DNA of 64,000 nucleotides from Peribolospora baueri (taxonomy: Eukaryota), in contig JAMDHS010000003.1 of NCBI GenBank assembly GCA_029717555.1, positions 1 to 64,000 on the forward strand, given 5' to 3'. Shown piece after piece: positions 49,790 to 62,671 of the stretch (positions within the stretch are counted from its first letter, which is position 1; each line of letters begins with the position of its first letter). The translations under genes were made by a program, and so were the position numbers. Under the pieces are notes generated by a model. The model saw nothing but the letters and a program-made list of their open reading frames with translations. It ran no database searches and was not told the origin of the DNA.

Positions 49790-52219
49790 TCACGAAGTAT
49801 CTTGTACGTTGCTCTTCAAAAACCCGTCGAAAAGGCGCGCGCAGCCTTCGACGTCCTCGACGGCGTGCCAGTGTCCGACCCCCTCGAGTTGCACGATCCT
49901 TGACCAGCACAGAGCCTTGCCCAGCGCCTCGACCACGGGCGCGGGGCTGACCTGGTCCTCGTCGCCCGAGATGATCAGCACGGGCTGCTTGATCGATCCG
50001 TACTCCGGATCCCTGCCGATCGCCATCGCCTCGCAAGCTCGGGCGTATCCTTCGGGAGAGGCAGATTGGAGGAGCTGGCGGACGAGGGATATGGAGAGAG
50101 GACGGGAGGAGCGTGTGTGAGAGGAGAGGCCGGCGTGGAGAATGGCATTGACGACGGCGGACATGCCCTTTTCGCGGACGAGGGTGGCGCGCTCTAGGAT
50201 CGTGGGAACACGGACGGAAGGGATGGCTTTGATGGGGCCAATGAGGACTGTGAGAAGGCATCACGGAACGCGCAAAATGGTTGATATCAGTTGCATTAGC
50301 CATCCCGGTCTCTTCAAGAACATATGAAGGAAAAGACTGAGGGCGACCACTCACTCATCTTGCTGACCAGCTCAGGGTATGCTGCCGCAAAGGTATTGGC
50401 GATGAGCTGCGCCGAAGGAAAGACGAGAAAGGCGGACGAGTCAGGCCGGTCAGTCGCCATAGATTGATTCGCCAGGGTGTGATGGAAAAAGAAGGGTCCC
50501 ACTCACTCCGCCCATCGAATGTGCGACTATCACCACGGGGCCCTTCGTCGCTGTAGCTTCGAGGACGTCTTTAACGTCCTGCACGTACCCATCGATGCTA
50601 GGCCTATCCTCCTTCTGCGCTGTCCCCTTCTTCGTTCGTTGGTAGGAGACGGGACTCGACCCGTGTCCTTCGAGGTCAAAGCACACGAGCCGATGAGTCT
50701 TGCCCAGTTTGGTCGCCTCGATCACCGGCCTGAAAAAGTTGAGTGTGCCGCCAAGGCCGTGGATGAAAAGAACCGTCTCAGCCCCGCCAGATACGTCGCT
50801 GCTGGAGGGCTCGGAGATCTCTACGTGAAGGCGCTTTCCAGATGGCATAGTGACCAGGTCGCAGTCCGGGGCAGCGACCGCCGCCGAGGGGGAGAGACGA
50901 TGGCGCCACGACTCAACGCTGGGAACCTGCATTTGGTAAGGGCCCACCGTGTTGGAGAGCGTGCCAAGCCCTGTGATGGAGATGTCTACCTTGTCACCCG
51001 GCTTGAGAAACTTGGGAGGCTTGAAGCCGAAGCCAACACCAGCTGATGAAGGGAATTGTGGACGCGGGCCGCCAGGCTTAGTTGGCGACAGGGTTCTATC
51101 TCGCGCATCAGAAAATGGCTCCTCTGGAAACCCACCTGGTGTTCCAGTGGCGATGACATCGCCAGGCTGAAGTGTGATGCCATCAGAAATGGCGGAGACG
51201 AGCGTGGGGATGTCGAAGATGAGCTTGTTCGTCGTGCTGCGCTGACGGACCTCGCCGTTGACGCGGGTCTCGACCGTGAGCGAGGCGCCGTCGAGATGCG
51301 AGGAAGGGACGACGTATGGGCCCTTGTTTGGTTAATAGCCCGGATAGAGAAGGGGAAGGTTCAGAACATGGCTGAACGGAATGACAGGGGAACCGGACAG
51401 ACTCCTCGCCCAGATGGCCAGCAATCGTTTACTCTTCACTGACCATAGGACAGAAGGTATCGAGCGACTTTCCAAGATAGAACTGCTTGTGGTCCCTCTG
51501 CTTCTCCCTGGCCGTCACGTCGTTGACGATCGTGTAACCCCAGACGTGTTGCCATGCATCCTCCTTGGAGATCTTGAACCCGGCCTTGCCGATTATGACA
51601 CCCAGCTCGCCCTCGTAGTCGAGCGTCTCGGTTGTTCCCTCGTGCGGATAGATCAGAGCGCCGTGGGGAATGATTGAAGTTGCACGCTTGGTGAAGATGA
51701 CTGGGTTGCCGTTTGAATGAGGAATGCCCCCATTCGAATTTCCCGTGTCCGATGCGTCGTAGCCGGAGACGCTGAACTCTGGATGGCGCAGGCGAGCCAC
51801 AGTGGTGAGGGTGAAGACGACGATGTATACGGACTCCGAACGAACGACGGTCGGCCCACCTTTGGCGTGCTCTACGTAGTTCTTGCCCACCGCGATGACG
51901 TCCCTACCCCTCAGCGGTGCGAGGACCTTGACATCGCGAATCTTTTCCACGGGCTCGCCGGGACGGAGGGAGTCGGCGATGGCGTCCCAATCCTCGAGGA
52001 GGTCGAAGAGCTCGACGATGGGCTCGCCAGTGCACGGGTCGAGGAAGGGCGTGACCGAATCCTCGGTAGCGTTGACGAGGCCGACGCGAGGCTGAGAAGT
52101 GGCCGAGGAGAGGTAAGATAGACTTGGGCGGGGACCAATAGTGTCAGAGGGTGGTCGAACAAGAGGCGCGAGCGTGTCGGTGAGACCGTACGTAGAAGAT
52201 GCTGTACTCACAATTTCAT
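49790..52219 (-). CDS. Fumarylacetoacetate-hydrolase-family domain fused to alpha/beta-hydrolase (enol-lactonase-like); probable 8-nt first coding exon
   Basis: MK|FLSY; VGKNYVEHAK|EF, PVIFTKRATSI, LDYEGELGVIIGK, GYTIVNDVTARE, GKSLDTFCPM|GP, PGDVIATGTP|AGVG, then continuous into FIHGLGG, FDLEGHG, AHSMGG, GDED and GVGHW. Confidence 0.9.
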
Positions 52220-53443
52220 CGCGAGAAGCGTGTCGAGTCCGAGGCTGAGTGATGGAGGAGTGCGCCCTGAATATACAACGTTGAGGATCGTCGTGCGACT
52301 GCAGGCGACGACCTTGCTTGCTTTTCTCTCTTTTCCGGGGCGGTTCAATAGTGTCGCCCATCGTTGAGCGAGGCCGTCGGCGTCGGCAACGACTAACTGC
52401 GCCCACCGAAGGTCCGCTTCCCCGCTCTTGCTAACCTAACCTCACGAATCGCTTGCTTCCTTACTCACCGAGCTCCCCACCAAGGTGCGTTCCCGGTGCA
52501 GCAGATACCGGTCGAGCGCGGCAAGAAGGGCGTCAACAGAACTGCCGGCGAGAGGCAAACGTTGTTGGACGGCAAAACTCCCTCCGCCCATCGGAGATGT
52601 GTAAAAACTTCCGACCCCGGGCGACCGCGATGACAGTTGCCTTGCCGTTTTTCACTCACCTTTTTACTCCCATTCTGACAGATTTGACAGCTGCTTCCGT
52701 TGTTAGGCACCATGCCGTGCCCGTCTCGGCAGGCGGGGCGTGTGGACGGCTCCGCAAGAGCAGTCACAGTAGCGCGAGCCCACCTCGACCGATCAGAGTG
52801 TGGGGAAGACGTCGCATCGTGTGCGTTGTAGTAAGTAAGCATGTCTACGTGTCCAGTGGTTTGCATCGGTGGGTCCTGTCTGGCCTCCGAGCTACCCATC
52901 TCTGCTCGTCGGCTTCACTCAACGTCGGCTTTGCTCGCCCGGCACGTAGTATTGGCTGGCAGCCTTGGACCCTTGAGCCGCCTCGCACTCGATGAGCGCC
53001 GCCTCTGCGCCGTGCAGAGACTGCTACCACTCTCTCGTCGCTACTGGACCCCTTTATACGGCCGTCCGGCCTCGGCATAGCGATGTGCCCCGCAGTGGCA
53101 CGACAGTTTCGCCGTAGGCAACGATCGACTCGGCCGAATCGAGCCCTGCGGGGCGCTTAGCCAGTGGAGTGCCTCTGCCGTGCGACAGAGGCGGCTTTAC
53201 GGGCACCATAGCGGCGTCCAAGTGTGTTCGGGGGCCGAACACGGTGCACGACACGGTCAGCACGTCTGAGACGTACAGGTCGCCATACGCTACTTATTTG
53301 GACCACGACGTCCCTCCACACGACGGAGGGTACACAGCCCGCTGCGCTCGTCGCTTTTTGCCACCACAGCCAACGGTCAGGATTCCCTTCTCTTCTATCA
53401 GAATATCCCAGCGTCCACATCGAACAAGATCGCCTGCACGAGT

Positions 53444-56338
53444 ATGTCTTCCACCATCGGCATCTCCGCGTCCAACGGCCTGCCTTCGGGCCTCCCCCAT
53501 CCTGGTTTCAGCTCGCGCTTCACAGACTTCATGAACGGCCGTGACAAGCCGGGCGTCGATGCAAACAGCACACATTACGACGACGACGACGCCGCTTCTA
53601 TCGTGACGGCCACCACCTCTCGATCTAGGGGCAGCTCTTGGTCTCCGCCCCAGTGGATGTCTCACAACGCCGCCGTCCGCGAAGTGGGCTACGGAAATGC
53701 CAATGACGTCCAGGGAAATGCAAGCTCGACCAGCTTGAATACTCTCTCCGTTTGTGGGAATGAAAAGGTGAACGGCCATGAGACGACGTGACGTGTTAAA
53801 TCTCACTTTCGCTCGTCAGTCGGCTCGCTCGTCGACTCATGTATACGTGCATTTTCACCAGTTGAACTGGCGCCAGGTTCCAGCTTGGATGACCGAGACT
53901 GCGTACGGAAAGGTGGGCGGATATCCACGTAGTGTCCCCGTTTCGGCCTGCCTAGTCTGAAACAATTTTCCTTCTCTTTTGGAGTAAACAGACGAGAGTC
54001 AACGGTCTCGGCGAGCCTTGGAATCCCCTCCGCCCCTCCTTCCGCGGAATCGACTTCACGAAGCCGGACCCTCGCCTCAACCAACCCCAGTACGAGTTTG
54101 CCGCGTTGCCGGGAGAAGAGGCGAAAAAGGAGAATGGAGAACGGGCGATCGTGTTTGAAGACGTTCGGATCGTTGACTCGACCCACCCCCGTGCGGAACC
54201 TTATGAGGGCGACGTGTTGATCATAGGCAATAGGATCATCAAGGTCGTCAGGAAAGGTTCCGGTAAGAAACTGTCAGCTCATGAGAAGAGAGGAGCCAGG
54301 ATCATCAAGGGAAGAGGCCGGACCTTGATGAGCGGCATGGTCGACGCCCATACCCATTTCAGTTGGGTGAGCCAGATACCCCGTAGCCGCCTCGCTCCAG
54401 CGCCATAGACTTATTCATCTGCGTTTCTTGTCCCCCGTGTCCGACCATCCTTCCATCTTTCTTCTTAGACCAATACGGGCTCTTTAGACGGTCTGGGCGA
54501 CATGCCCGTCGAGGAGCATATTCTCTTCGCCGCCCGCGCTGCAAAGACCTTCCTCGACTGCGGGTACACCATGTGCCTCGGCGCCGCGAGCGCCAAACAG
54601 CGCATCGACTGCGTCATGCGCGATGCCATTTACGCCAGAGAGATACCCGGTCCCAGGTTTTTGGCCAATGGGAGGGAGATGGCGCCGAGGGATGGGTATC
54701 TCAGTGAGCTGGACGTGTGTGTAGTGACTTGTGCGAAGTCGATCGCTTACCTGCGCCTGTCCCTCGACCCCCCTCGCCGGGTATCAGTTTCCTCCATTAC
54801 TGCCTTCTGCGACGGTCCCGAAGAGACACGCGCGCTCGTTCAGGAAATGGCAGACAAGGGCGTGGACCAGATCAAGCTGAGCATGTCAGGAGAGGAAATC
54901 ACGGAGCGCATCAAAGCGGAGGACACTACCTTCACCGATGAGATGGTCGCCGTCGCTGTAGAGGTCAGTCGACGGTGTACTCCGAACACACTCTCGTTCA
55001 TTCTCCTTATCTCATTTTTCAACGTGTTTTCGTCTTCGATGTACACGCTCATCATGTCTTCCCCCTTTTTTCCCCAACACAGACCGCGCACGCCAACGGT
55101 TTGCGGGTCTGCGCTCATGCAAGGTCTGACGAGTCGGTCCTTCAATGTTTGATGTACGGCGTCGACATCATCTACGTGGGTGAATCTCGTCTATTCCGCC
55201 TCGTGCCCGAATCCTTCTTTCGCGCTTGGCGATGCTGCATTAACCGTCTCTCCTTGTCCCCGCTGGATTTCAACAACCGAATCACAGCAGTGAGTTCGAA
55301 GAAAGCTGTTCTTCTTTTCTCCTTCTTGCGCGGTTCTCCGACTCACTCCTCTTTTCATCTCCCTTTGACCCCACACCCCTCTAGTGGTTCCTTCATATCC
55401 CCGGAGACCATGGACGCCCTGGAGGCTCAGAAGGACCGTGTTTTCGTTGCCCCTGCTATCAATTGGATCGTCAGCACGCTCTATGATGCCGGAGCGTTTG
55501 GGTACCCGCCCTCCAGAGCCGAAAGCGTCGGCTACAAGCGCGAGCTCGAAGAGGCTGTCAAAGGCCTTAAAGAGATGCGAAGGAGGGGAATTCGTGTCCT
55601 TCCTGGTGGGGTGAGCGTTGGCATCCATGGTATCTCCAAGAGCGTATCTTCTCATACGCTTGATCACGCTAACATTGGATCTACCTACTTTTTTTCTTCA
55701 TCTCTCGTTCTTGTTGTTCGTGCCATTTGCCTCTGCCGCAGGACTATGGGTTTGCTTGGACGCCGCACGGACACTACCGTGACCTGGAGCACTTTGTCAA
55801 CCTGATGGGCTACACTCCTTTGGAAGCCATCTATGCCGCCACGGCGCTCGGTGGCCAACTCATGCTTCGTCCCAACGATCTGGGCAAGGTTCAACCGGGC
55901 TACCTCGCCGACCTGATCCTCGTCAATGGAGACCCGACGAAGGACGTCTCCCTGCTCAGCAGCCACGAGAACTTGGACCTTATCCTCATTAACGGTCGGA
56001 TCCACAAAGAAACTGTAAGCCCTCTGAGGACGAACGTTTCGATCCTCACCACGAAACTGCGGTCGTTCTGTTCAAGTCGCTCGTCAAACAAAGACTTTCT
56101 TTCACGAACCAGTCGTCATGTTTATCGCTTCGCCTCTCTCTTGCAGATCAAAGACCCCGACTGGCAAGCAATCACTGCCATTACCGCCGCCGAAAATGAG
56201 GCGCAGCTGCGCCGCGACGCCTTCGCGGCCGTCGACAAGATCACCAGTGGCGTACGCTCTCTCCCTCTCGGCACGACTGACGACTTGACCGATACTTGGA
56301 GAAAGCCGATCACGGGCCTCGTCGCTGCGGCCCATTGA
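53444..56338 (+). CDS. Metal-dependent amidohydrolase (prolidase-like subgroup); predicted 2-nt exon 55288-55289; start uncertain
   Basis: GRTLMSGMVDAHTH (HxH), IPGPRFL, GVDQIKL (Lys), CAHARS, GVDIIY|H|GSF, PGG|DYGF, AIYAATALGG, GKVQPGYLADLILVNGDP. Confidence 0.88.
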
Positions 56339-57090
56339 TGTCTACCCATTTCACCGTTCATATAGCCTCGAGTGCTCCTTCCAACCTCTTATTCTTCGTT
56401 CTTCCTCCTTCTCTTACCACCAGTCACTGTTTAACACACTTCGTGACCCGGCCCCCAATTCCGGACGGGAAACCCTCTCCTTCGATTTGATGAAACGAGC
56501 TCCGCGCCTTGAATGTCGTCCCCGCCACCTTCTTGCGAGCTCCGCTGTGTCCTCAAATCGTACGTGCGGCCCCTAATGATTCGGACTGTGAAGCAGATTA
56601 TCGAGATCGCGAAGGTGCTTGTCCGGAAATACGATCACCGCTATGAAACTCCCTTGCAACTCCACGAGCACATTAAAGAAAGAATGCCGAGCCGAGCCGA
56701 GCACCGAAGGTCGTACAACTCGGTAGGATGAGCGCCTTCAATCCCAGTGTGTCAGAGAACGGATGGTCTGCTCGCCAGAGGCGGTGAAGAACCAGTGTGT
56801 CTTGTCCACGCCTCGACGGGACATATTGGGAACGAAGCGGCCACCGGTCCCAGGATCCCGAGGACGAAGTGAGCTTGAAAATAAAGACTCCCGCCCGAAA
56901 GTAGTTGCGATGGGATCTCCTGTTCAAGCACGGTCGCTTCCGGTTCTTACGACATTACAGGCTCGTAACGAGGGTGCAGTCAGCTTTTTTAGGCCCCATA
57001 CTCTACCGAAAGCGAGCGAAAAGCCATCACTGGAGGCTAAGAGGCCAAGAAGTATCCTCGGGACAAAGTCACAATACGATTAAAACTACA

Positions 57091-58167
57091 TCACCACCAG
57101 AGCCGATGCGTGGGGCATTCGTATCCCTGAGGGTCTGGAAGGTGCAAAAGGTATAGTTTCGCCGTCAGAAGTCAAATTCGAAAACGGCAAAACAGGTCTC
57201 GTCCAACTTTGAGTTGAAGCTCACTCTTAAGAAGGTATTCTTGATGATATTCCTCCGCCTTCCAGAATTTCTTTGCCGGTGAGATCTCGGTGATGATCTT
57301 CTTGCCCTGGGGATCGAAGTACTTCTTCTGCACCTCGTCCGTCACCTGCCGCGCGATCGATTCCTGCTCGGGCGAGTGATAGAAGATGGCAGAGCGGTAC
57401 TGCGTCCCTACGTCGGGGCCTTGCCGGTTTACCGTCGTGGGATCGTGTGTCCGATAAAAGAACTCTGTGAAGTCGGTTCAGACGGACACGAAAAGGCCGG
57501 GGCAGGCGTGCATGGATAAATCGAACTGATTAGCAACTGCAGAGCGGTTCAGGCAGCATTGCCAAGGTAGAAGCGATGCCTCTAAATCTTGTGGCTGAAC
57601 CGCCTGCGCTACTCACCGATCAATTCGGCATACGAGACCTTGGTCGGATCGAACTTGAGCTCGACCGCCTCAGCGTGGCCGGTGCGTCCGGTGCACACCT
57701 CCCGATAGTTCGGCTCCTTGCCATCGGTGGGATCGTTTCCACCAGTGTAGCCGACGCGGGCGTCAAAGAGACCCTTGTTGAGGTAATGCTTGCGGTAGAT
57801 GTGCTCCACTCCCCAAAAGCAGCTGTGAGTACGATGGATATGAGGACGTCAGGACGGGACGCTTAATGAAGTTACGGAGAGAGTGCGATGACTCTGAACT
57901 TGGACTGACCCGGACGCCACAGTAGCGAGTTCGGCTGCTTGCGACGATCAGAAGCGAGCAACGACAAGCCAAAGGTCAGTAGCCGCTCTCGGCCACGGCC
58001 GATCAAACCTAAACCGAACTCTTCTCACCTGCACCAGTGCCGTCGGCAGTCATCTTTAATAGGCGCTCTCGAGCCTGGATGGCGGTGTTCGTCGTTGGGA
58101 TAGTAGGCGTTCCAAGAGCGGTCGTCGTAATAGGACCGGTGAAGATACCTCTAAGGCGGCCAAGCAT
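57091..58167 (-). CDS. msrA: Peptide-methionine (S)-S-oxide reductase MsrA, 5 exons
   Basis: ATVASG|CFWGVE, RVGYTGG, PNYREVCTGRTGHAEAV, HDPTTVNRQGPDVGTQYRSAIF, AEEYHQEYL, NPQGYECPTHRLWW*. Confidence 0.95.
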
Positions 58168-58569
58168 GAAACTCGAGATCCACAGGTTTGCCGTAAGTGG
58201 TGGCAGAGGAGGGGGTGGAAGGAAAGCGTATGGTTTTACTGGCTGTCGGGGCGATTGCCGTGGTCGTCGTCGCTGACGTGATCCAAAATGCGGCTGATCG
58301 TCGTTCCGCCTCTTCGACCATGATCGGCACCGATGAGCGCAAATATAGGATTCGACTACCAAGCTCACCCGCCGAGGTCGCACATCTCCTGCTCGGCGCC
58401 CATGGTGCCTCGGACGAGCACGGCCTGCAGTCACCTCAACTCGTTCGCCATCCGCGTTCGCCCAGCTACGACGTGGCGCTTCCCGCTGGACTCCCACTCA
58501 CGCCGACATCTGCGTTTTGACGGTAGCCCAGCTGTTGGTACGCACTCTCAAAGACGTTTCTTTACCATC

Positions 58570-60564
58570 ATGCCAGATCCATCGCGGGGTTCATCGGAGA
58601 GCTGGCAAGAAAGAGAAAAGGTGTCGAATGGCACACCGTTCCCTTCCGCGACTGCCTTCGACTCTGGGGTATGCCATGCTGACGAGGGGAAGCGGTCGTC
58701 GCGAGGACACCAGCGCAAGGGGTGGAATGGCAAGCGGCGGGCCACATTTCAGAAAAGCAGTGGTGAAGGTTGCACAGAAGGTGCACAGCAAGGCGAACTT
58801 GAAGACAAAGTTGCGGAAGGAGGTGCCTTCAAAGGCAAGAGCAAGCGGCGCAAGGGGCCGCCACCGATCCCTCGACCACGCCCGACCCACTTCCTCTCCA
58901 TCCCGCTCGTCTCCTCCGTGCTGTCGGACCGTGTCGGGGTGCTGTACGACGACCTGCTCCGCAACCAGGACGCTGTGCAAGGCTTGGACCGGAGCATCAT
59001 CATTCCTGCCCAGCGTTTACATCTCACGCTTGGCGTGATGGCTTTGGGCGAGGAGGGGGAGGGGTGGAGGCGTAGGTGGAGAAAGGAGGTGAGAACAAGG
59101 AAATGGAAGAGGAAAGGCAAGGAAGAGCCAGAAGCACGAGAATCGAATGGTGACGAAGAGCACACGGAGGGAGCCCGCGCGCCATCTCCACCTCCCATCG
59201 CCCTCGACTCCACGGTGGCGGACGCAGGAAGGCATCCAACCTCAGGAGAGATGTGCGGGATGGAGAAGGAGGATGGAGAACAAAATGGAGAAGACGAATT
59301 ACTCCTGCAAGGCCCCTCACTTCCCAAACCTTCAGACGCCGTCCGGCTCCTGCGTTCACTTCGTCCCGCCATCCTCGCCCAGCTCGCTTCCACTACATCC
59401 TCATCGGCGTCAGCGATGATGGTGTCGTCTGCCAACACAGTCTCTCCTTCAGTGTCACCATCAACCTCCAATGCCTCCTTCTCACAGCTATCCATAGCTG
59501 TGAATAGGCTGGGAACCTTTCCTGACGGCCCGAAGGCGAACGCGGAGAACGTGAGAGTGTTGTGGGCGGCTCCTGATGAGGACCAGGAGGCGACGAGGAG
59601 GTTGAGAGGCGTTTGTGGTGAGTTGCGCAGTGCGAGATAAGGCGCAAGGCAAGGCTGTGGGACAGGTAGGCAGTAGACTAATGCCGCGGAAGGCGATCGT
59701 CTTCATTTCCCATCTATTCGCAGACATCGTCCTGCGGGCGTTTACGCAGGCCGGTTTCATGGCGGAAGGGACGAATGAGGAGGAGTTCAAGGTACGTTGG
59801 CATCTTTTATTTTTGACCCACTTCCTCTTTTTATGACGTCTCCCTTATCGTAGACGTCATGCAGGCTGACTTATCCGCTGATGAATGACCATCCATGACC
59901 GTGTTCCCTGTTATTCACTTTTCTTGTTCATTTGGCCATAAAGCTTCACATGACTCTTCTCAACACCTCCAAACGATTCCCCCGGCCCAAACCGAACGAG
60001 ATGCGGCGCAACGGATTCTCCTTCTCGGACATTCGCCGTCTTCTAGCTGAGTCAGTTCCGCTCTCTCCTTGGGTGGAGCGTCCGAGTTTGACAACAAGCG
60101 AGGCTGTCGAGTTGGCGAAGGGCACGACGATGATGGTTACACCGACGTCGACAACGGCCACGAGCGCGACGTTTGAAGGAAAGACGGGGTCATCCAGAAC
60201 AGACGGAGAAGGCGAAGGTGGTGCTGCCTCGCTGAGGACTGCGAGTGCAGTGGTTCCCGAGTACGAACAAGGCACCATGAGTTTTCGAGGGGAGGGAAGG
60301 GCACGAGCAACACCAGCAGTGGTATTAGACGTTGGCGTGGACGACCGAGCCCCCTCCATCCCGCATGTCGGGTCTTCTGAAACTGTCGACTGGTCAGCAT
60401 CGTCGTTTCTTCCGTCATCGTTCCCATCCCCTGAGCCGACTATCCATCTCAATCTCGGTTTGGTCCCCCTCCGCTCGATCGAGGTGTGCTCGATGGGCTC
60501 ATGGGACGAGGAAGGGAGGTATGTGAGCTTGGGAGGAATCGCTTTATGTCACAACGATGGATAG
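58570..60564 (+). CDS. 2H phosphoesterase, AKAP7/ASCC1-like 2',5'-RNA-ligase-like domain
   Basis: RPTHFLSIPL, RLHLTLGVM (HxT 1), RVLWAAP, K|LHMTLLNT (HxT 2), IEVCSMGS..GRY. Confidence 0.8.
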
Positions 60565-61212
60565 GGTGGGGGAGGAGACTTGGAGGTGCCCGGGGAGGCA
60601 CCGAAGGAATAGGCGGTGGTCGAGGTTGCTCCGAATGTGCAGAGTGTGTGAAGGCAAGGGGTGTTCAATCGCATTCATATGACCAGAGAGTGTTTTGCAC
60701 CTCTACAATAGGCGGCATTTCTACAATCCGTAACAGTCAAAGAAGCGACAGCAGTAGCCACACATCTACATCTCTCCGCCTCTCATGTCTTCGCTGACCT
60801 CACGAACCGCCAAGGCTGGGGACCCATCGTGGGGGATTCTCAACGGTGGCGCGTGCGAGGTCGCCACGCGAGATCGGCCGACTGCGGGCGGTGCACGGAG
60901 CGCGACGGCTGCGCTGGATGACATAACCGACGTATCACACTCATTACTCTGCGCACGCACGTTTCCCGTCTCCTCCATTTACTATCTTGCGGCTGTCTAG
61001 AGAAGAGGGCCTCCCTCAGCATTCGTACCATTTTTGGTGCCCAACGGTACTGCTACGAGGCATCCCAATACCGCCGGCACCGTAGTTGCGGCGACCGCCG
61101 CTTGTTGCACATCACCGCCGGCTGCCAGTCGGGTAACCATCGCCCACGTAGTCCAGGGATAACGAGAGGAACGAGACGGAGAGACGGCAACGCCGGGAGG
61201 GCTCGATCGACG

Positions 61213-61852
61213 ATGTTGTACCTTGCCTCCTCCTTTGTTCTGGTCAGTCTTCTTCTCCTTCTTCTCTACCTCTTCCGCTCCCGTCTCCCCCACTCCTCCC
61301 TCGTCGATCGCCTCTCCTCGCCCTCCCCTTCTGCCTCCCACCTCCGCTCCGTAGTCTTCCCTTGGTCGTTCTTCCCCTCCTCCAGCGCCCCCTCTTCAGG
61401 AGGTGGAAGTGGACAAGCAGGGGGTTTTGGCTCGCGACTCCGCGAATGGGGCTTCCCAGGTGGAGCGCGCTACGCCCCTCTCGCTGCGTACGACTGGGAC
61501 TCTGCTCGCTCCGAAGGCCTTCATTCGGACCTGTTTGATATCGAGGCGAACAACGTGCAAGCCGGGGATACGAGGAGTGGGCTGGAGAGGGAGGGAGCAG
61601 AGGAGGTGAGGAGGATTATGCGCGAGATGGGCGTGGAGTGAGTGCCCGTCCTTCCATGCCGTCTCTTCCCGCTTTTCCTCGTCCGCCCTCGCTAACCATC
61701 ACCATGTCACCTTCACGAATGTTTTTGTCGAACGCTGCGTCTCCAGCTTCGATCGAGGGCGCTTGATCCGACACCAACGCGTGCTCGAGCGAAACGGCGT
61801 AGACCCGGCTACGGGACTTCCTCGGGATGCCAAACTCACCACCTTCAGCTAG
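61213..61852 (+). CDS. Fungal DUF2015/UPF0357-like membrane-anchored protein, 2 exons
   Basis: N-terminal hydrophobic segment; GLHSDLFDI..N..GDTRSGL....EEVRRIM....D|FD..RL......NGVDP.TGLPRDAK.TTFS*. Confidence 0.75.
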
Positions 61853-62671
61853 CCGGTCGAAGAGGTTGGCATCGACTGCGCTTATTCACGCTGCCTGGAT
61901 CGAATTTTCGGGTTTTCAATATGATAGTGGGAAGGGCGCTCCAGTCCGTCTAGAATGGGCTACGGACGAGGGGCGCATCCGATCCGAAGTGGCATCGCTG
62001 CCTGGCTCTCTTGCCGCTGGAGTGGGAAGCTTGGTGGAGAAGAAGGACGCCCTACGAGGACGTCACGTCACTTTATCAGGCGCCAGAGCGGGAACGCTCT
62101 AGGTCACCAAAAGGCAGCACAGTGACAAAGTGACTGAACGGCTGTCCGGGAAAGCTACGGGCTACAGCCAGTCTTCCATCCGTCTTTGCTTATCCAAGAT
62201 CACTTCTTCCTCGCACAAGCTCTCACGAGTCTTAATGTATTCATCTCACATTTCGACTCGAATCTACTTTTGAGACCGCTCGTTCGAACGAGGTGGGTCG
62301 AAAGGAAGGGTATGTTCTAGTCAAGGTATATATCGGCGAGGTAGGACAAGCGGTGTTTGCTCCAGCTGAAAGCTGGAAAGGAAGTCTGGATGGGCTGATA
62401 TGCGAAAGATAAGGATGGGAATTCGGCGAAGGGGAAGCCATTCTAATCGCCGTCTCTGAAAGGAAGACAAAGAAGCAGATTCAATAGATAAAACAGCCTT
62501 GAGTCGTTCAGATATGGAAAGAGTAACTTTAAGATTCCTCTCTGAGGGCAACGCTTACGAGGTGAGGTCTTGCAGCAGACGTCCCTGTTCTCCCATAGGC
62601 CACGTCGCAGATTGGCACGATTTGTCTACCCGCGAATGGTGAAAGGTAAAAGCACAGACAGCTGCCTGCTT

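Noticed and set aside
49700..57093. Cryptic PTS1 by stop-codon read-through in the FAH fusion, amidohydrolase or msrA
   Set aside because: No TGA-CTA context, and the read-through extensions do not end in SKL-like tripeptides
2024..58167. msrA and msrB in the same window
   Set aside because: About 54 kb and many unrelated genes apart; no evidence of a functional cluster
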